From positions 178,092 to 242,091 of the forward strand of contig NIVC01001752.1 in the NCBI GenBank assembly GCA_002269645.1: a DNA stretch of 64,000 bases, written 5' to 3'. The notes beneath the pieces were generated by a model, which worked only from the letters and a program-made list of their open reading frames with translations, made no database searches and was not told where the DNA came from. How positions within the stretch are numbered: position 1 is the stretch's first letter; the number at the start of each line of letters is the position of its first letter. Shown here in pieces: positions 28,765 to 40,515 of the stretch. The DNA is from Macrostomum lignano. Lineage: Eukaryota. Position numbers and translations under genes: made by a program.

Positions 28765-31700
28765 GTAAAATTACTCAGTACTCAGTAGTAAAATTGGCAG
28801 GTTCTGTAGTAAAATTGGCAGATTCCGTATTCGAATTGGCAGATTCTGTAGTAAAATTGACAGATTATGTAGTAGAATTGGCAGATTCTGTAATAAAATT
28901 GAAAGATTATGTAGTAAAATTGGCAGATTCTGTAGTAAAATTAGCAGATTCTGTAGTAAAATTAGCAGATTCTGTAGTAAAATTGGCAGATTCTGTAGTA
29001 AAATTGGCAGATTCTGTTGTAAAATTGGCAGATTCTGTAGCAAAATTGGCAGGTTCCGTTATCAAATTTGCAGATTCTGTAGTAAAATTGGCAGATTCCG
29101 TAGTAAAAGTGGCCGTAATATAGACAACTTCAGTAGCATATTTGGCAGGTTCGGCAGTATATTTATCCATCAGCTGAAACAGCTCTTATTTACAATAAGC
29201 ATTGACAATGGATAGAAAGGGAATTCTTTTCCGCCCTTTTCGGCAGCTTGAAAACAATTTAGTGAATAAATTGAAGCTAGGAATTGAACCTGCCAAATAT
29301 ACTGCCGAACCTGCCAAATATACTGCCGAATCTGCCAAATATACTACCCGAATCTGCCAAATATACTACCGATTCTGCCAAATATACTGCCGAATCTGCC
29401 AAATATACTACCCGAATCTGCCAAATATACTGCCGAATCTGCCAAATATACTGCCGAATCTGCCAAATACCGAAGCTGCCAAATACCGAATCTGCCAAAT
29501 ATACTACCGATTCTGCCAAATATATTGCCGAATCTGCCAAATATACTACCCCAATCTGCCAAATATACTACCGAATCTGCCAAATATACTACCCGAATCT
29601 GCCAAAAATACTACCCGAATCTGCCAAATATACTGCCGAATCTGCCAAATACCGAATCTGCCAAATATACTACCCGAATCTGCCAAATATACTACCAAAT
29701 CTGCCAAATATACTACCCGAATCTGCCAAATATACTGCCGAATCTGCCAAATACCGAAGCTGCCAAATACCGAATCTGCCAAAAATACTACCCGAATCTG
29801 CCAAATATACTACCGAATCTGCAAAATATACTACCCGAATCTGCCAAAAATACTACCTGAATCTGCCAAATATACTGCCGAATCTGCCAAATACCGAATC
29901 TGCCAAAAATACTATCTGAATCTGCCAAATATACTGCCGAATCTGCCAAATACCGAATCTGCCAAATATACTACCCGAATCTGTCAAATATACTACCGAA
30001 TCTGCCAAAATATACTACCCGAATCTGCCAAATATACTACCCGAATCTGCCAAATATACTACCCGAATCTGCCAAATATACTACACGAATCTGCCAAATA
30101 TACTACCGAATCTGCCAAATATACTACCCGAATCTGCCAAATATACTGCCGAATCTGCCAAATATACTACCGAATCTGCCAATTATACTACCGAATCTGC
30201 CAATTATACTACCCAAATCTGCCAAATATACTACGCAAACCTGCCAAATATACTACCCGAATCTGCCAAATATACTACCCGAATCTGCCAAATATACTAC
30301 CCGAATCTGCCAAATATACTACCCGAATCTGCCGAATATACTACCCGAATCTGCCAAATATACTACCCTAATCTGCCAAATATACTACCCGAATCTGCCA
30401 AATATACTACCCGAATCTGCCAAATATACTACCCGAATCTGCCAAATATACTACCCGAATCTGCCAAATTTACTACATAATCTGTCAATTTTACTACAGA
30501 ATCTGCCAATTTTACTACAGAATCTGCCAATTCGAATACGGAATCTGCCAATTTTACTACAGAATCTGCCAATTTTACTACATAATCTGCCAAATATACT
30601 ACCCGAATCTGCCAAATATACTACCCGAATCTGCCAAATATACTACCGAATATGCCAAATATACTACCCGAATCTGCCAAATATACTACCCGAATCTGCC
30701 AAATATACTACCCGAATCTGCCAAATATACTACCCGAATCTGCCAAATATACTACCCGAATCTGCCAAATTTACTACATAATCTGTCAATTTTACTACAG
30801 AATCTGCCAATTTTACTACAGAATCTGCCAATTCGAATACGGAATCTGCCAATTTTACTACATAATCTGCCAAATATACTACCCGAATCTGCCAAATATA
30901 CTACCCGAATCTGCCAAATATACTACCGAATCTGCCAAATATACTACCCGAATCTGCCAAATATACTACCCGAATCTGCCAAATATACTACCCGAATCTG
31001 CCAAATATACTACCCGAATCTGCCAAATATACTACCCGAATCTGCCAAATATACTACCCGAATCTGCCAAATATACTACCGAATCTGCCAAATATACTAC
31101 CCGAATCTGCCAAATATACTACCGAATCTGCCAAATATACTACCGAATCTGCCAAATATACTACCCGAATCTGCCAAATATACTACCCGAATCTGCCAAA
31201 TATACTACCCGAATCTGCCAAATATACTACCCGAATCTGCCAAATATACTACCCGAATCTGCCAAATTTACTACATAATCTGTCAATTTTACTACAGAAT
31301 CTGCCAATTTTACTACAGAATCTGCCAATTCGAATACGGAATCTGCCAATTTTACTACAGAATCTGCCAATTTTACTACATAATCTGCCAAATATACTAC
31401 CCGAATCTGCCAAATATACTACCCGAATCTGCCAAATATACTACCGAATCTGCCAAATATACTACCCGAATCTGCCAAATATACTACCCGAATCTGCCAA
31501 ATATACTACCCGAATCTGCCAAATATACTACCCGAATCTGCCAAATATACTACCCGAATCTGCCAAATATACTACCGAATCTGCCAAATATACTACCCGA
31601 ATCTGCCAAATATACTACCCGAATCTGCCAAATATACTACCGAATCTGCCAAATATACTACCCGAATCTGCCAAATATACTACCGAATCTGCCAAATATA

Positions 31701-32215
31701 CTACCGAATCTGCCAAATATACTACCCGAATCTGCCAAATATACTACCCGAATCTGCCAAATATACTACCCGAATCTGCCAAATATACTACCGAATCTGC
31801 CAAATATACTACCCGAATCTGCCAAATATACTACCGAATCTGCCAAATATACTACCCGAATCTGCCAAATATACTACCCGAATCTGCCAATTATACTACC
31901 GAATCTGCCAAATATACTACCCGAATCTGCCAAATATACTACCGAATCTGCCAAATATACTACCGAATCTGCCAAATATACTACCCGAATCTGCCAAATA
32001 TACTACCCGAATCTGCCAAATATACTACCGAATCTGCCAAATATACTACCCGAATCTGCCAAATATACTACCGAATCTGCCAAATATACTGCCAAATCTG
32101 CCAAATATACTACCCGAATCTGCCAAATATACTACCCGAATCTGCCAAATATACTACCGAATCTGCCAAATATACTACCCGAATCTGCCAAATATACCGC
32201 CGAATCTGCCAAATA
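28765..32215. repeat. 22/23-bp satellite (GAATCTGCCAAATATACTACCC)n; the 28765-29160 block is inverted relative to 29285-32215
   Basis: The left block reads GTAGTAAAATTGGCAGATTCT, the reverse complement of variant units at about 30470, 30770 and 31265. Confidence 0.93.
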
Positions 32216-33112
32216 AGCTTGTCCTGTGCAACAATTTTCCAGTCGTGATGCCATGGAATTTCAGGTTTTATTTTTCAGAATTGAATTATTTGAAAACTCC
32301 TGTCTCAATTACATTAGGAGGTTACATTAGTTACATTAGGCACTTAAAAAATAAAAAATTTCGATGACTTCTGAAAAATTCCACCGTTTATATGAAAAAG
32401 AGAATAAGAAGATATGTATTGATATATAAAATAATTAACTAAAGTTATTTGTTCCATTACTCTTACAAGAAATAGTTTCCTCTGAAATTAAATACTGCAT
32501 TGAAAAAATGCTATGGTGCGTAGCGGTTTGAAGGCCGGGGCGTTGCGGTGTGGCGGCTGATTTTGGGCACGGCCCCCCCGTTGAAAACAAAACTCATTTC
32601 CATTATGTTTTTGTGACATTACAAAAGTTATCAAAGTTTCAAGATTAGATGAATAAAGATATAAGAGAAATTGGCACAGCCGCTGTCCACTGTGCCTGCA
32701 GGTGGCAGGTTTCAGGTGGCAGTGCTCGGAGATAAGTGCGCCTCGGTCACGAGAGGAGCCCCTCCGAGACTCCAGGGACAAAATATTTGGTGCGATATCA
32801 AATCCTGGAGTGCTGTTGTGTGTTAAAATAACAAGTGGTGTGCGTAACCGTCTGCTTTGAGTAGTGCAGAATTAAGAGTACAAAATTAAGCCACTGATCA
32901 ATCAAGTCGTGCATAAAGCATGTTTCCCTATCCCGCAACTCTTAATTCATCTCTTCATTCCTAATTATCAATATTTTTCCATTACTTGGTTGACCCTAGT
33001 GTCTAAAATACGAGCGTAAAATGCCACAGGAAACGTGCAATTTATTCGAAAATTTAGCATTGATATTACGACATGAGCATTAATTATACCACCTTCTCTT
33101 TAATTGAACCCT

Positions 33113-33550
33113 CCGACTCCCCAAGAATCTGTCCTCAAACTCCCCAAGAATCTGTCCTCAAACTCCCCAAGAATCTGTCCTCAAACTCCCCAAGAATCTG
33201 TCCTCAAACTCCCCAAGAATCTGTCCTCAAACTCCCCAAGAATCTGTCCTCAAACTCCCCAAGAATCTGTCCTCAAACTCCCCAAGAATCTGTCCTCAAA
33301 CTCCCCAAGAATCTGTCCTCAAACTCCCCAAGAATCTGTCCTCAAACTCCCCAAGAATCTGTCCTCAAACTCCCCAAGAATCTGTCCTCAAACTCCCCAA
33401 GAGAGTTGAGGAGGAGTGGGCTTAGAGGTGAGGAAGAGAGGACTTAGAGGTGAGGAAGAGAGGACTTAGAGGTGAGGAAGAGAGGACTTAGAGGTGAGGA
33501 AGAGAGGACTTAGAGGTCAGGAAGAGAGGACTTAGAGGTGAGGAAGAGAG
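33113..33550. repeat. Abutting 23-bp (CTCCCCAAGAATCTGTCCTCAAA)n and 22-bp (CTTAGAGGTGAGGAAGAGAGGA)n minisatellites
   Basis: Visible. Confidence 0.95.
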
Positions 33551-34009
33551 GAGTATAGGTGAGGAGAGGGTGAGAGTTTTGAGGAAAAGAGCTATCATGA
33601 ACACAGTTTCATATCAAAATGATTTATTTTAAATGGATGAGGGTAGAGGTGGAGCTTGCCTAATTTGTGGTAATCCCGTATACAATTTTGCTAAGGACCG
33701 CAATAATAAAATATATTTTACACGCTCCTTTTCTGTTGTTCACTCATTATTACAATATTCTTTATAAATGTTATTACAATATTCAGAATGCATGCCAGCT
33801 CATTGTATTTTCATAATATTCTGTTAACGACCGCAAATGATGAGGGGAGAAGAAGTGAGAGAAAAGAGAGAAGGGATGAAAGAGGAGGGAGAAGAGAAAG
33901 TAGTGAGGAAAAAGAAATGAGAGATGATAGATGATATATCAGAGATGAGAGAGGAGAGATAAGAGCAGAAAGAAGAGAAGAGAGATTAGAAGACAAGATA
34001 AAGGTGAGG

Positions 34010-34510
34010 GAAAGACAGGATAGAGGTGAGGAGAAGACAGGATAGAGGTGAGGAGAAGACAGGATAGAGGTGAGGAGAAGACAGGATAGAGGTGAGGAGA
34101 AGACAGGCTAGAGGTGAGGAGAAGACAGGATAGAGGTGAGGAGAAGACAGGATACAGGTGAGGAGAAGACAGGATAGAGGTGAGGAGAAGACAGGATAGA
34201 GGTGAGGAGAAGACAGGATAGAGGTGAGGAGAAGACAGGATACAGGTGAGGAGAAGACAGGATAGAGGTGAGGAGAAGACAGGATAGAGGTGAGGAGAAG
34301 ACAGGATAGAGGTGAGGAGAAGACAGGATACAGGTGAGGAGAAGACAGGATAGAGGTGAGGAGAAGACAGGATAGAGGTGAGGAGAAGACAGGATACAGG
34401 TGAGGAGAAGACAGGATACAGGTGAGAAGACAGGATAGAGGTGAGGAGAAGACAGGATACAGGTGAGAAGACAGGATACAGGTGAGGAGAAGACAGGATA
34501 CAGGTGAGAA
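34010..34510. repeat. 22-bp purine-rich minisatellite (GAGGTGAGGAGAAGACAGGATA)n
   Basis: Visible. Confidence 0.95.
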
Positions 34511-34626
34511 GTTAGGATACAGATGAGGAGAAGACAGAAATTACTAGTTTTCATATTTACAGTCTATTTTATATTATTTCATGTAATACTTAAATAGTAG
34601 CATGTATCTGTATTCTATCATGGCCG

Positions 34627-34955
34627 CGTGCCCACTTCTCTCACCTGCCCCCTTCTTGCAGATGCCACCTGCTCTAAAAGCGGCCCACTTCTCTCACCTG
34701 CCCCCTTCTTGCAGATGCCACCTGCTCTGAAAGCGTGCCCACTTCTCTCACCTGCCCCCTTCTTGCAGATGCCACCTGCTCTGAAAGCGTGCCCACTTCT
34801 CTCACCTGCCCCCTTCTTGCAGATGCCACCTGCTCTGAAAGCGTGCCCACTTCTCTCACCTGCCCCCTTCTTGCACATGCCACCTGCTCTGAAAGCGTGC
34901 CCACTTCTCTCACCTGCCCCCTTCTTGCAGATGCCACCTGCTCTGAAAGCGGCCC
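34627..34955. repeat. 54-bp tandem repeat, about 6 copies
   Basis: Unit GTGCCCACTTCTCTCACCTGCCCCCTTCTTGCAGATGCCACCTGCTCTGAAAGC. Confidence 0.95.
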
Positions 34956-35249
34956 ATTTCTTCCGCCCCCTTCCACTCACCCTGCCCACAAAATATTCAC
35001 CTCCAATTTGTGTGCATGCATTTTTCATGTATTCTATATTTAGTTTTCATCATACATTATTTTGCATGATACATTTTTGGCACCGCATTAATAATATTTA
35101 TTTTGCACACGTTAAGTGGCTCGTTTTTCTTATCACGGTGCACAAATAATGTTGCCTTTGGCTTTTCATTTCGGGAATCAAGAGGGAAATTTAGAAGCTT
35201 ATATGGGGATGGTAGAAAAACTAATAAGAGAATGAGTAGCAATCTGAGA

Positions 35250-35655
35250 AGGAGAGGGGTAGAGTGAGGAGGAGAGGGGTAGAGTGAGGAGGAGAGGGGT
35301 AGAGTGAGGAGAGGGGTAGAGTGAGGAGAGGGGTAGAGAGAGGAGTGGGGTAGACTGAGGAGTGGGGTAGACTGAGGAGGAGAGGGGTAGACTGAGGAGG
35401 AGAGGGGTAGAGTGAGGAGAGGGGTAGAGTGAGGAGAGGGGTAGAGAGAGGAGTGGGGTAGACTGAGGAGTGGGGTAGACTGAGGAGGAGAGGGGTAGAC
35501 TGAGGAGGAGTGGGGTAGAGTGAGGAGAGGGGTAGAGTGAGGAGAGGGGTAGAGTGAGGAGAGGGGTAGAGTGAGGAGAGGGGTAGAGTGAGGAGTGGGG
35601 TAGAGTGAGGAGAGGGGTAGAGTGAGGAGAAGTGGGGTAGAGTGAGGAGGAGACG
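35250..35655. repeat. About 17-bp G-rich minisatellite (GAGGAGAGGGGTAGAGT)n
   Basis: Visible. Confidence 0.93.
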
Positions 35656-35904
35656 TAGAGTGCTCCTGAATCTGAATATTGGTTTTTATTAAGCTTGAAA
35701 ATTCAAAATTTGCGCAATTTGGCTTTACTTTCAGCATGCCACAGAAATCAAAATCTGACCGACATGTGCAGTTTGCGGAGCTCTCACAGGTTCATGCTGC
35801 ACCCGAACAGATCCTGATGAAGAGCTGCGGAGCCTGGCGACTTAGCTGGAGGATTTCTGACTTTGACTGCCACTTTAAATGTAAAAATATAATGTCAAAA
35901 TAGC

Positions 35905-36226
35905 TATGAGAATCGCCCCTAATAGCTGTGAGAATCGCCCCTAATAGCTGCGAGAATCGCCCCTAATAGCTGTGAGAATCGCCCCTAATAGCTGTGAGAA
36001 TCGCCCCTAATAGCTGTGAGAATCGCCCCTAATAGCTGTGAGAATCGCCCCTAATAGCTGTGGGAATCGCCCCTTATAGCTGTGAGAATCGCCCCTAATA
36101 GCTGTGAGAATCGCCCCTAATAGCTGTGAGAATCGGCCCTAATAGCTGTGAGAATCGCCCCTAATGGCTGTGAGAATCGCCCCTAATAGCTGTGAGAATC
36201 GCCCCTAATAGCTGTGAGAATCGCCC
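35905..36226. repeat. 22-bp minisatellite (TAGCTGTGAGAATCGCCCCTAA)n
   Basis: Visible. Shares GAATCGCCCC with the PIGW-intron repeat. Confidence 0.95.
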
Positions 36227-36569
36227 AATATCCAATTGTATTTCAATTCAAATCTGCCAATGCTGCTGATTTTGCACTTTTATGAATCGGGTAATTTTGT
36301 TCTTATCTGTGCTTAACTTGCACTTTTCCATGGCTGTTTGCTATCTTGATTGCAGTGAGCTTAGTCTTTTATATTAACACTGCAGCATTCTTGTGAAATG
36401 CATAAATTTTGTATTCAGTATTTTGTATATTTTGCATTTTGTAGGCATTTTTGTATTTTTATTGCATTCAGTGGAAAGTTAAAACTAAATTTCAAGCGTA
36501 TTTATCCCACAATAAAATGCGAATTTTCTTCATCTCTCACTGTCTTCCCTGTCTCCCCTCCCCCTCTCT

Positions 36570-37320
36570 CTGTCTCTCTTCACATTTCTTCTCTCTTCAC
36601 ATCTCTTCTCTCTTCACATCTCTTCTCTCTTCACATCTCTTCTCTCTTCACATCTCTTCTCTCTTCACATCTCTTCTCTCTTCACATCTCTTCTCTCTTC
36701 ACATCTCTTCTCTCTTCACATCTCTTCCCTCTTCACATCTCTTCTCTCTCCACATCACTTCCCTTTTCACATCTCTTCTCTCTCCACATCACTTCCCTTT
36801 TCACATCTCTTCTCTATCCACATCTCTGTCTCTTTTCACATCTCTTCTCTCTCCACATCACTTCCCTTTTCACATCTCTTCTCTCTCCACATCACTTCCC
36901 TTTTCACATCTCTTCTCTCTCCACATCACTTCCCTTTTCACATCTCTTCTCTCTCCACATCACTTCCCTTTTCACATCTCTTCTCTCTCCACATCACTTC
37001 CCTTTTCACATCTCTTCTCTCTCCACATCACTTCCCTTTTCACATCTCTTCTCTCTCCACATCACTTCCCTTTTCACATCTCTTCTCTCTCCACATCTCT
37101 GTCTCTTTTCACATCTCTTCTCTCTCCACATCTCTTCCCTTTTCACATCTCTTCTCTGTTCAAATCTCTTCCCTTTTCACATTTCTTCTCTCTTCACACC
37201 TCTTCTCTCGTCACATCTCTTCTCTCTTCACATCTCTTCTCTCTCCACATCTCTTCTCTCTTCACATCTCTTCTCTCTTCACATCTCTGTGTCTCTCTTC
37301 ACATCTCTTCTCTCTTTACA
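36570..37320. repeat. 17-bp pyrimidine-rich minisatellite (CACATCTCTTCTCTCTT)n
   Basis: Visible. Confidence 0.93.
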
Positions 37321-37871
37321 TTTTGGACACTTCAGAGTCTTTAAGGCGCAGTTGAAAAGCCGTAGCCATTTATTTAGCATCCATATTTTTATTATTTATT
37401 GTTCTTCATCCATTCTGTTTATTTGCTCAGGGTCTACAGGACATGTGTGCCATCGAACTCTGCTCTCAGCCAGCAATCTGTTTTTTAGAGTCTCTGACTC
37501 ATCACACTGCACATGCACTCCATTTGCACAGTGCTGTATGCGCTTGTACATGTACAATTTTTACATTATCGATTTTTGCACCCTGGCATTATCGCATTTA
37601 AATATTGACGCCAACTCGCTCTAATAAACTCTGCTTTACTCGCCCTGAAAAAGAATTTACAGTATTCCAAATATTATCAAATTGAACTGAACTGACTTTT
37701 ATCAGTCCTTTTTACCGAGCCAGTGTCTCTCTGTCTCTCTCTCTCTCCCTCTCCCTCTCCCTCTCCCTCTCTCCCTCTCTCTCTCCCTCTCCCTCTCTCC
37801 CTCTCTCTCTCTCTCCCTCTCTCTCTCCCTCTCCCTCTCTCCCTCTCTCTCTCCCTCTCCCTCTCTCCCTC

Positions 37872-37902
<31 letters not shown>

Positions 37903-38162
37903 TCCCTCTCTCTCTCTCCCTCTCTCTCTCTCTCTCTTCCCTCTCTCTCTCTGTCTCTCTCTCTCCCTCTCTCTCTGTCTCTCTCTTTCCCTCTCTCTCT
38001 GTCTCTCTCTCTCCCTCTCTCTCTCTTCCTCTCTTCCTCTCTCCCTCTCTCTCTCCCTCTCCCTCTCTCTCTCTCTCCCTCTCTCTCTCTCTCCCTCTCT
38101 CTCTCCTCTCTCTCCCCCCTCTCTCTCTCCGCTCTCTCTCTGCATACCTGTGTCTTATAGCT

Positions 38163-39383
38163 GTGTCCTGTGTCTTATGCAAGAAATTTTTCCTGCAAGT
38201 GAAAGGCACGGCCATGGGGAAGTCGTTTGCACCCAGCTACAGCAACATCTACATGGGCTACTGGGAGCAGCGGGGCCTGGAGCTCAGCCCGCAGAAGCCC
38301 GCCCTGTGGCTGCGCTACATCGACGACATCTTCGGCGTCTGGCACGGAACGAGAGACGAGCTGGTCCGCTTCCACGAGCTCCTGGATGGCCTCGACCCGA
38401 ACATCAGGTTGCAGCTGAGCTACAGCAGCACCGAGGTCAACTTCCTGGACACCACCGTCTTCTGGGACCGCGAGGGGGACTCCAAGCGTCTGGCGACTAG
38501 AGTCTTCTTCAAGCCCACGGACAGCCGAGCTCTTATCCACCGCGACTCATTCCACCCGAGGCGGACGTTCAAGGGTGTGGTCAAGTCCCAGCTCATCAGA
38601 TACGCTCGCAGGTGCTCCCGGATGGTCGACTTCGACGCGGCCTGCACCGAGCTGCTGTCGAATCTGGTGCAGCACCAGGGCTACAACAGGCGTTTCCTAC
38701 GCAATATCAAATACGAGGTGCTGGCGGAGCTGGGTTTCTACCCGACAAGGCGGTGGGAGTTCGGCTTCCTGCCGTGCAACCCGGCCCGGCTGTGCAAGTG
38801 CTGCCAGGCGCACGCCAGATTCACCTCCGTCTGCCCGGGATCCGCGTCCACGACCGTCAAGATCACCATCAGCCAGAGGATCGACTGCAACTCGGTCAAC
38901 GCCGTCTACACCGTGTTCTGCCGCCGCTGCAGCTGCACGGTCTACGTCGGCGAGACGGTCAACAGCATCCGGGCCCGCATGCTAGCGCACGTCGGCGACA
39001 TCAGGCACGCACGCGACACTCCGGTGGCCCGCCACTTCAGCAACGATGGTCATAGTCTCGAGGACTTTGCCTTCACCGGAGTGTGGACGCGAGACGGCTC
39101 TGGACCCAAGGCCAATGAACGACGTCAACGCCAGGAGGCCAAACTCATCGCGGTCCTGAAAACTCTGGTCCCACATGGCGCCAACGAGCTGGCCGGGGTG
39201 CTGCACAATCCGGCGATCCCACTGATCGTACCGCACTGCGCTGGGTCAGACACCCTGGTTGCCAAGGTGAGGGACGGCGTGGCACAGCACTGTGATGCCC
39301 CTGTACTGCCGGCCTTCACTAAAGGGAGGAGCCTTCGGGATCTACTCTGCCACAGCCAGCTCGAACCAGCTTCTGCCAATTGA
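38163..39383 (+). mobile_element. Penelope-like retroelement ORF, 5'-truncated: RT C-terminal half, Cys linker and GIY-YIG endonuclease (Neptune-like)
   Basis: RT motifs QVKGTAMG..FAP and RYIDD. Linker CNPARLCKCC. GIY-YIG segment NAVYTVFCRRCSCTVYVGET..RMLAH..VARHF. The N-terminal RT motifs are missing. Confidence 0.92.
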
Positions 39384-39639
39384 GATCAGCTGTACAAAGG
39401 CTCTTTTACTGCTATTTTTCCCCTCTGTGATTTTTTCATTGACTTTATTTCGATTTATTCAGATTATTTATTCTCTGCTTTTTATTCATTTTTCTGACAC
39501 TGTGTACAGTGCACCTGCATTTTTGCTCTGAGCATTTAATAATTATTTTTATTTACCTTACCTATTTATTTCGCCATTTATTTTTGCAATTTTTATTCTA
39601 CACTTAAAAGTCGTCTAGGCCCACTTGTACAGTTTTAGC

Positions 39640-39890
39640 CACCCCCCGCTTTTCTCATAGTCTCGGACTCGTTTTAATGTACTGACCATGCGCACTGTTT
39701 TAAGTGCTTGAGCACATCAATTTATCGATCGTCTCTCCCTGGCGATATCGCCTTTATATATTGACGGCAATTCGCGCCAAATAAACTTCACTCGCTTGCA
39801 GCCCTGACGAAGAAATTTAATTTCGAAATATCGGCTACTCAATTTAAATTGACTTTTTTCAGTCCTTTCTGACTTTCTACCGTGTCAGTG
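39640..39890 (+). repeat. 3' pseudo-LTR of the Penelope-like element; diverged homologue at about 37480-37720
   Basis: CCCTGGCGATATCGCCTTTATATATTGACGGCAATTCGCGCCAAATAAACT vs CCCTGGCATTATCGCATTTAAATATTGACGCCAACTCGCTCTAATAAACT. Both are followed by a CT tract and an identical 29-bp sequence (38129-38157, 39973-40001). Confidence 0.75.
39800..39836 (+). ncRNA. Minimal type I hammerhead ribozyme
   Basis: Stem I AGCC/GGCT; core CTGACGA plus an extra A; stem II GAAAT-tta-ATTTC; GAAA; palindromic ATAT helix III; predicted cleavage after ATC at 39832. This matches the minimal hammerheads known from Penelope-like elements. Confidence 0.85.
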
Positions 39891-40289
39891 CCCGGGATTG
39901 GAGGCGCCCTCCTCTCTCTCTCTCTCTCTCCCTCTCTCCCTCTCTCTCTCCTCTCTCTCCCCCTCTCTCTCTCCGCTCTCTCTCTGCATACCTGTGTCTT
40001 ATTCACCCATTCACCTTTGTATTCAGCACGCAAAACACGTGGCTCCGGAGAGCGCAGCCCTTTATTCGACTTCAGTTCGCTATTTGATTTCCAATTGCCA
40101 TTTAAACTTGATAATGATGGCACTTAAAGAGATGCGAAAGGTTTGTCTTAATTGTTCAAGCCAAATCCAAGTCTTCAGTGCAGCAGTGCCGAATGCACCT
40201 GCAGGGCACTCCTAGTTGCAGAAGTGATCATGCAAAAGGCTCTCCAGCTCACATCAGGTTGTCCCCCCACTTCACGTTGTGACCCGTTT

Positions 40290-40454
40290 ATGGAAATCAA
40301 TAATTTTGCTTCAGAGTGACAAAATATACATGTGCACAGATTCTTAAATGATGTACATCTATGAATTTAGCCATGCACACATGTATGTACATGTCTACGA
40401 GTATGTAGAATTCTTGGCTTTGTTTCCTCCACAAAATCCATGGCGACGCCCCTG
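40290..40454. mobile_element. Partial copy of the 4008-4848 hAT MITE family (right end)
   Basis: Shares TGGAAATCAATAATTTTGCTTCAG with about 4121 and ends AAAATCCATGGCGACGCCCCTG, the reverse complement of the CAGGGGCGTCGCCA TIR. Confidence 0.75.
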
Positions 40455-40515
40455 GCCTCTACGAGTATCTTGGTGCCTCAAGAACGCGCTACTTTTATTT
40501 TTTAGCTGTCCTTAA

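Noticed and set aside
34627-34955. CRISPR-like appearance of the 54-, 45-, 30- and 28-bp arrays
   Set aside because: There are no unique spacers and no cas genes, and the context is eukaryotic.
37640-37680. Second hammerhead in the upstream Penelope terminal repeat
   Set aside because: The core is mutated (CTGAAAA; CAAA instead of GAAA), so it is recorded only as a degenerate homologue.
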